Positions 62,530 to 64,000 of a DNA stretch of 64,000 nt are shown in pieces. A program made the translations under genes and the position numbers. The DNA comes from Bilabrum cf. latius (taxonomy: Eukaryota). Position 1 is the first letter of the stretch, and every line of letters begins with the position of its first letter. The stretch is taken from positions 310,001 through 374,000 of the forward strand of contig OZ237746.1 in the NCBI GenBank assembly GCA_965178125.1. Reading direction: 5' to 3'. A model generated the notes under the pieces. The model saw nothing but the letters and a program-made list of their open reading frames with translations, was not told where the DNA came from and searched no databases.

Positions 62530-63005
62530 CTGCAGAAACACGAGGAGAATACGGTAAATTTAAAATGGCTATTGTCGGCGACAGTATCGAGACCAATATT
62601 GAACATGCATGATGACAAAATCTTCACTTTGATAATTGATACGTACTCATGGTCATATGTGCATCAGTTTATATCATTCTTACCCTTATCAGAGGTTGGA
62701 TATGCTAATTTCAATTCGTCGATCGAACAGGGCTTATGTTGCGGTATGTTACCAAACAATTCGTAGTTTCGGTTTCACGCAGGCATTTGCTTCAATCTTC
62801 GTATTCATAAAGAAGCGTGTGTTTCGTGTCGGAATACAGATGCTGTTGACATTGCGAGAACCCAATAAACGACGCTAACACGGCTTCTTTGGCAGCTCTC
62901 ACGCACAATAGCTAAAAATGCCCAAACTGTCTCGCACCATGTCTTCCAGTGGTTCGGTGAGAGGCCTCTTCACCTGCGCTCGAGCGAAGTTGTGTACCAG
63001 CGGAC

Positions 63006-64000
63006 ATGCTCATTTATCGATTGCAACCCCACGCCTCGCAGGGAAGCCTAGGCTCAGAATCAGACGACTCCTTGGGCAAATTGATTTCTGAGTTATGTTC
63101 CCCCAAGAAACAGACGAAAGGATCAGCAGAGCAAACTAGTCGCAAGAAGCGAGACAGGCTGATGGGCGGCAAGAAGAAAATGAAAAGCGATAAACGCCCG
63201 ACTAAAACAAGACGAACAGCTTCGGGAGTTCGTGCGTCTGGTCGTCCAGAGGATGCGGCTACTGTCGAGAGCCAGGTCGGTAATCCGTCCACATTTGTCG
63301 GTCGAAAGCGCAGCCGGTTTGATGAGGCTGACGATGACGATGCTGCTACTACTAGTGCTGCTGCTGCTGCTGCTGCTGCTGCTCGGGCTGCTGCTGCAGC
63401 TGCTGCTAGTGCTGCTGCTAGTGCTGCGTCTGCCGCGGCTGCTGCTGCTACTGCAGCTACTGCTGCAGCTTCGTACAGGCAAAGCACTCGTCATGGAAGC
63501 AAGGTGGTGCAACAAGTGACCTCTAAGCTCGCCAAAAAGGGGGCAGGCGGTGGCAGGGGCGGCGACAGCGGCCTGAATCGTCGCGGTGCCCGGCGGGTCG
63601 ATGAGCAGGGCACTGCAATGCGTCAAGTTAGCGACCAGCGAGCTGCGATGAATCCTGCCACAAACCACGAGGCGGTTGTCTCCGCGGCGAGTCACGAGGC
63701 GAGGGCTGGGAAGCCTGCAGACTCCCGGCATCCGGTGGCGGAGGCATTGGGTGTCTCCTCTGCGAGTCGAGGGGCGAGGGATGGGAAGCATGGAGACTCC
63801 CGGCATCCGGTGGCGGAGGCATTGGGTGTCTCCTCTGCGAGTCGAGGGGCGAGGGATGGGAAGCATGGAGACTCCCAGCATCCGGTGGCGGAGGCATTGG
63901 GTGTCTCCTCTGCGAGTCGAGGGGCGAGGGCTAGGAAGCATGGAGACTCCCGGCATCCGGTGGCGGAGGCATTGGGTGTCTCCTCTGCGAGTCGAGGGGC
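63006..64000 (+). CDS. Low-complexity hypothetical protein (poly-Ala, 25-aa repeats), runs off window; start uncertain
   Basis: Open frame from ATG 63006 to the window end with basic NLS-like segments. Confidence 0.4.
   Translation, partial: MLIYRLQPHASQGSLGSESDDSLGKLISELCSPKKQTKGSAEQTSRKKRDRLMGGKKKMKSDKRPTKTRRTASGVRASGRPEDAATVESQVGNPSTFVGRKRSRFDEADDDDAATTSAAAAAAAAARAAAAAAASAAASAASAAAAAATAATAAASYRQSTRHGSKVVQQVTSKLAKKGAGGGRGGDSGLNRRGARRVDEQGTAMRQVSDQRAAMNPATNHEAVVSAASHEARAGKPADSRHPVAEALGVSSASRGARDGKHGDSRHPVAEALGVSSASRGARDGKHGDSQHPVAEALGVSSASRGARARKHGDSRHPVAEALGVSSASRG
63705..64000. repeat. 75-bp tandem repeat, about 4 copies, continuing past window end
   Basis: gactcccggcatccggtggcggaggcattgggtgtctcctctgcgagtcgaggggcgaggg... 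at 63720, 63795, 63870 and 63945. Confidence 0.9.

Noticed and set aside
1-64000. Reading the fragmented ORFs as mass pseudogenisation
   Set aside because: Interruptions are only TAG, never TAA/TGA or frameshifts, and they align with Gln in paralogs and at a catalytic site.
1-64000. Ciliate-type code (TAA and TAG both Gln)
   Set aside because: TAA appears only at gene ends (5012, 9311, 11467, 20957, 31511, 45015) and not internally, even in AT-rich viral genes.
1-64000. Suppressor tRNA-Gln(CUA) or other tRNA/rRNA genes
   Set aside because: No convincing cloverleaf or rRNA seen by eye; a tRNAscan-SE run would be needed to exclude them.

Overview
Eukaryotic (protist-like) genomic DNA in which TAG appears to encode glutamine while TAA and TGA remain stops. 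Reading TAG as Gln joins the fragmented ORF track into long intact genes in host, transposon and viral sequence alike. Positions 1 to ~27010 are AT-rich and hold two endogenous mavirus-like virophage/Polinton-like elements. Element A (1-4500, right part only: pPolB N-terminus, SF3 helicase, rve integrase) abuts and appears inserted into the major capsid gene of element B (penton, protease, packaging ATPase, second rve integrase, DUF285 genes). Element B also carries a complete GC-rich Ngaro tyrosine-recombinase retrotransposon (11732-20521), whose gag and pol are joined by a UGA-CUAG plus stem-loop readthrough signal, a deleted Ngaro derivative, and two copies of a candidate structured RNA. 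The GC-rich host part holds five pseudokinase-Armadillo repeat paralogs, an FG-GAP/EGF membrane protein, a secreted beta-helix protein and a pogo-like DNA transposon. The layout resembles the endogenous virophage plus Ngaro loci known from Cafeteria, but the organism cannot be identified from this window. All calls come from manual translation and motif recognition; no searches were run.
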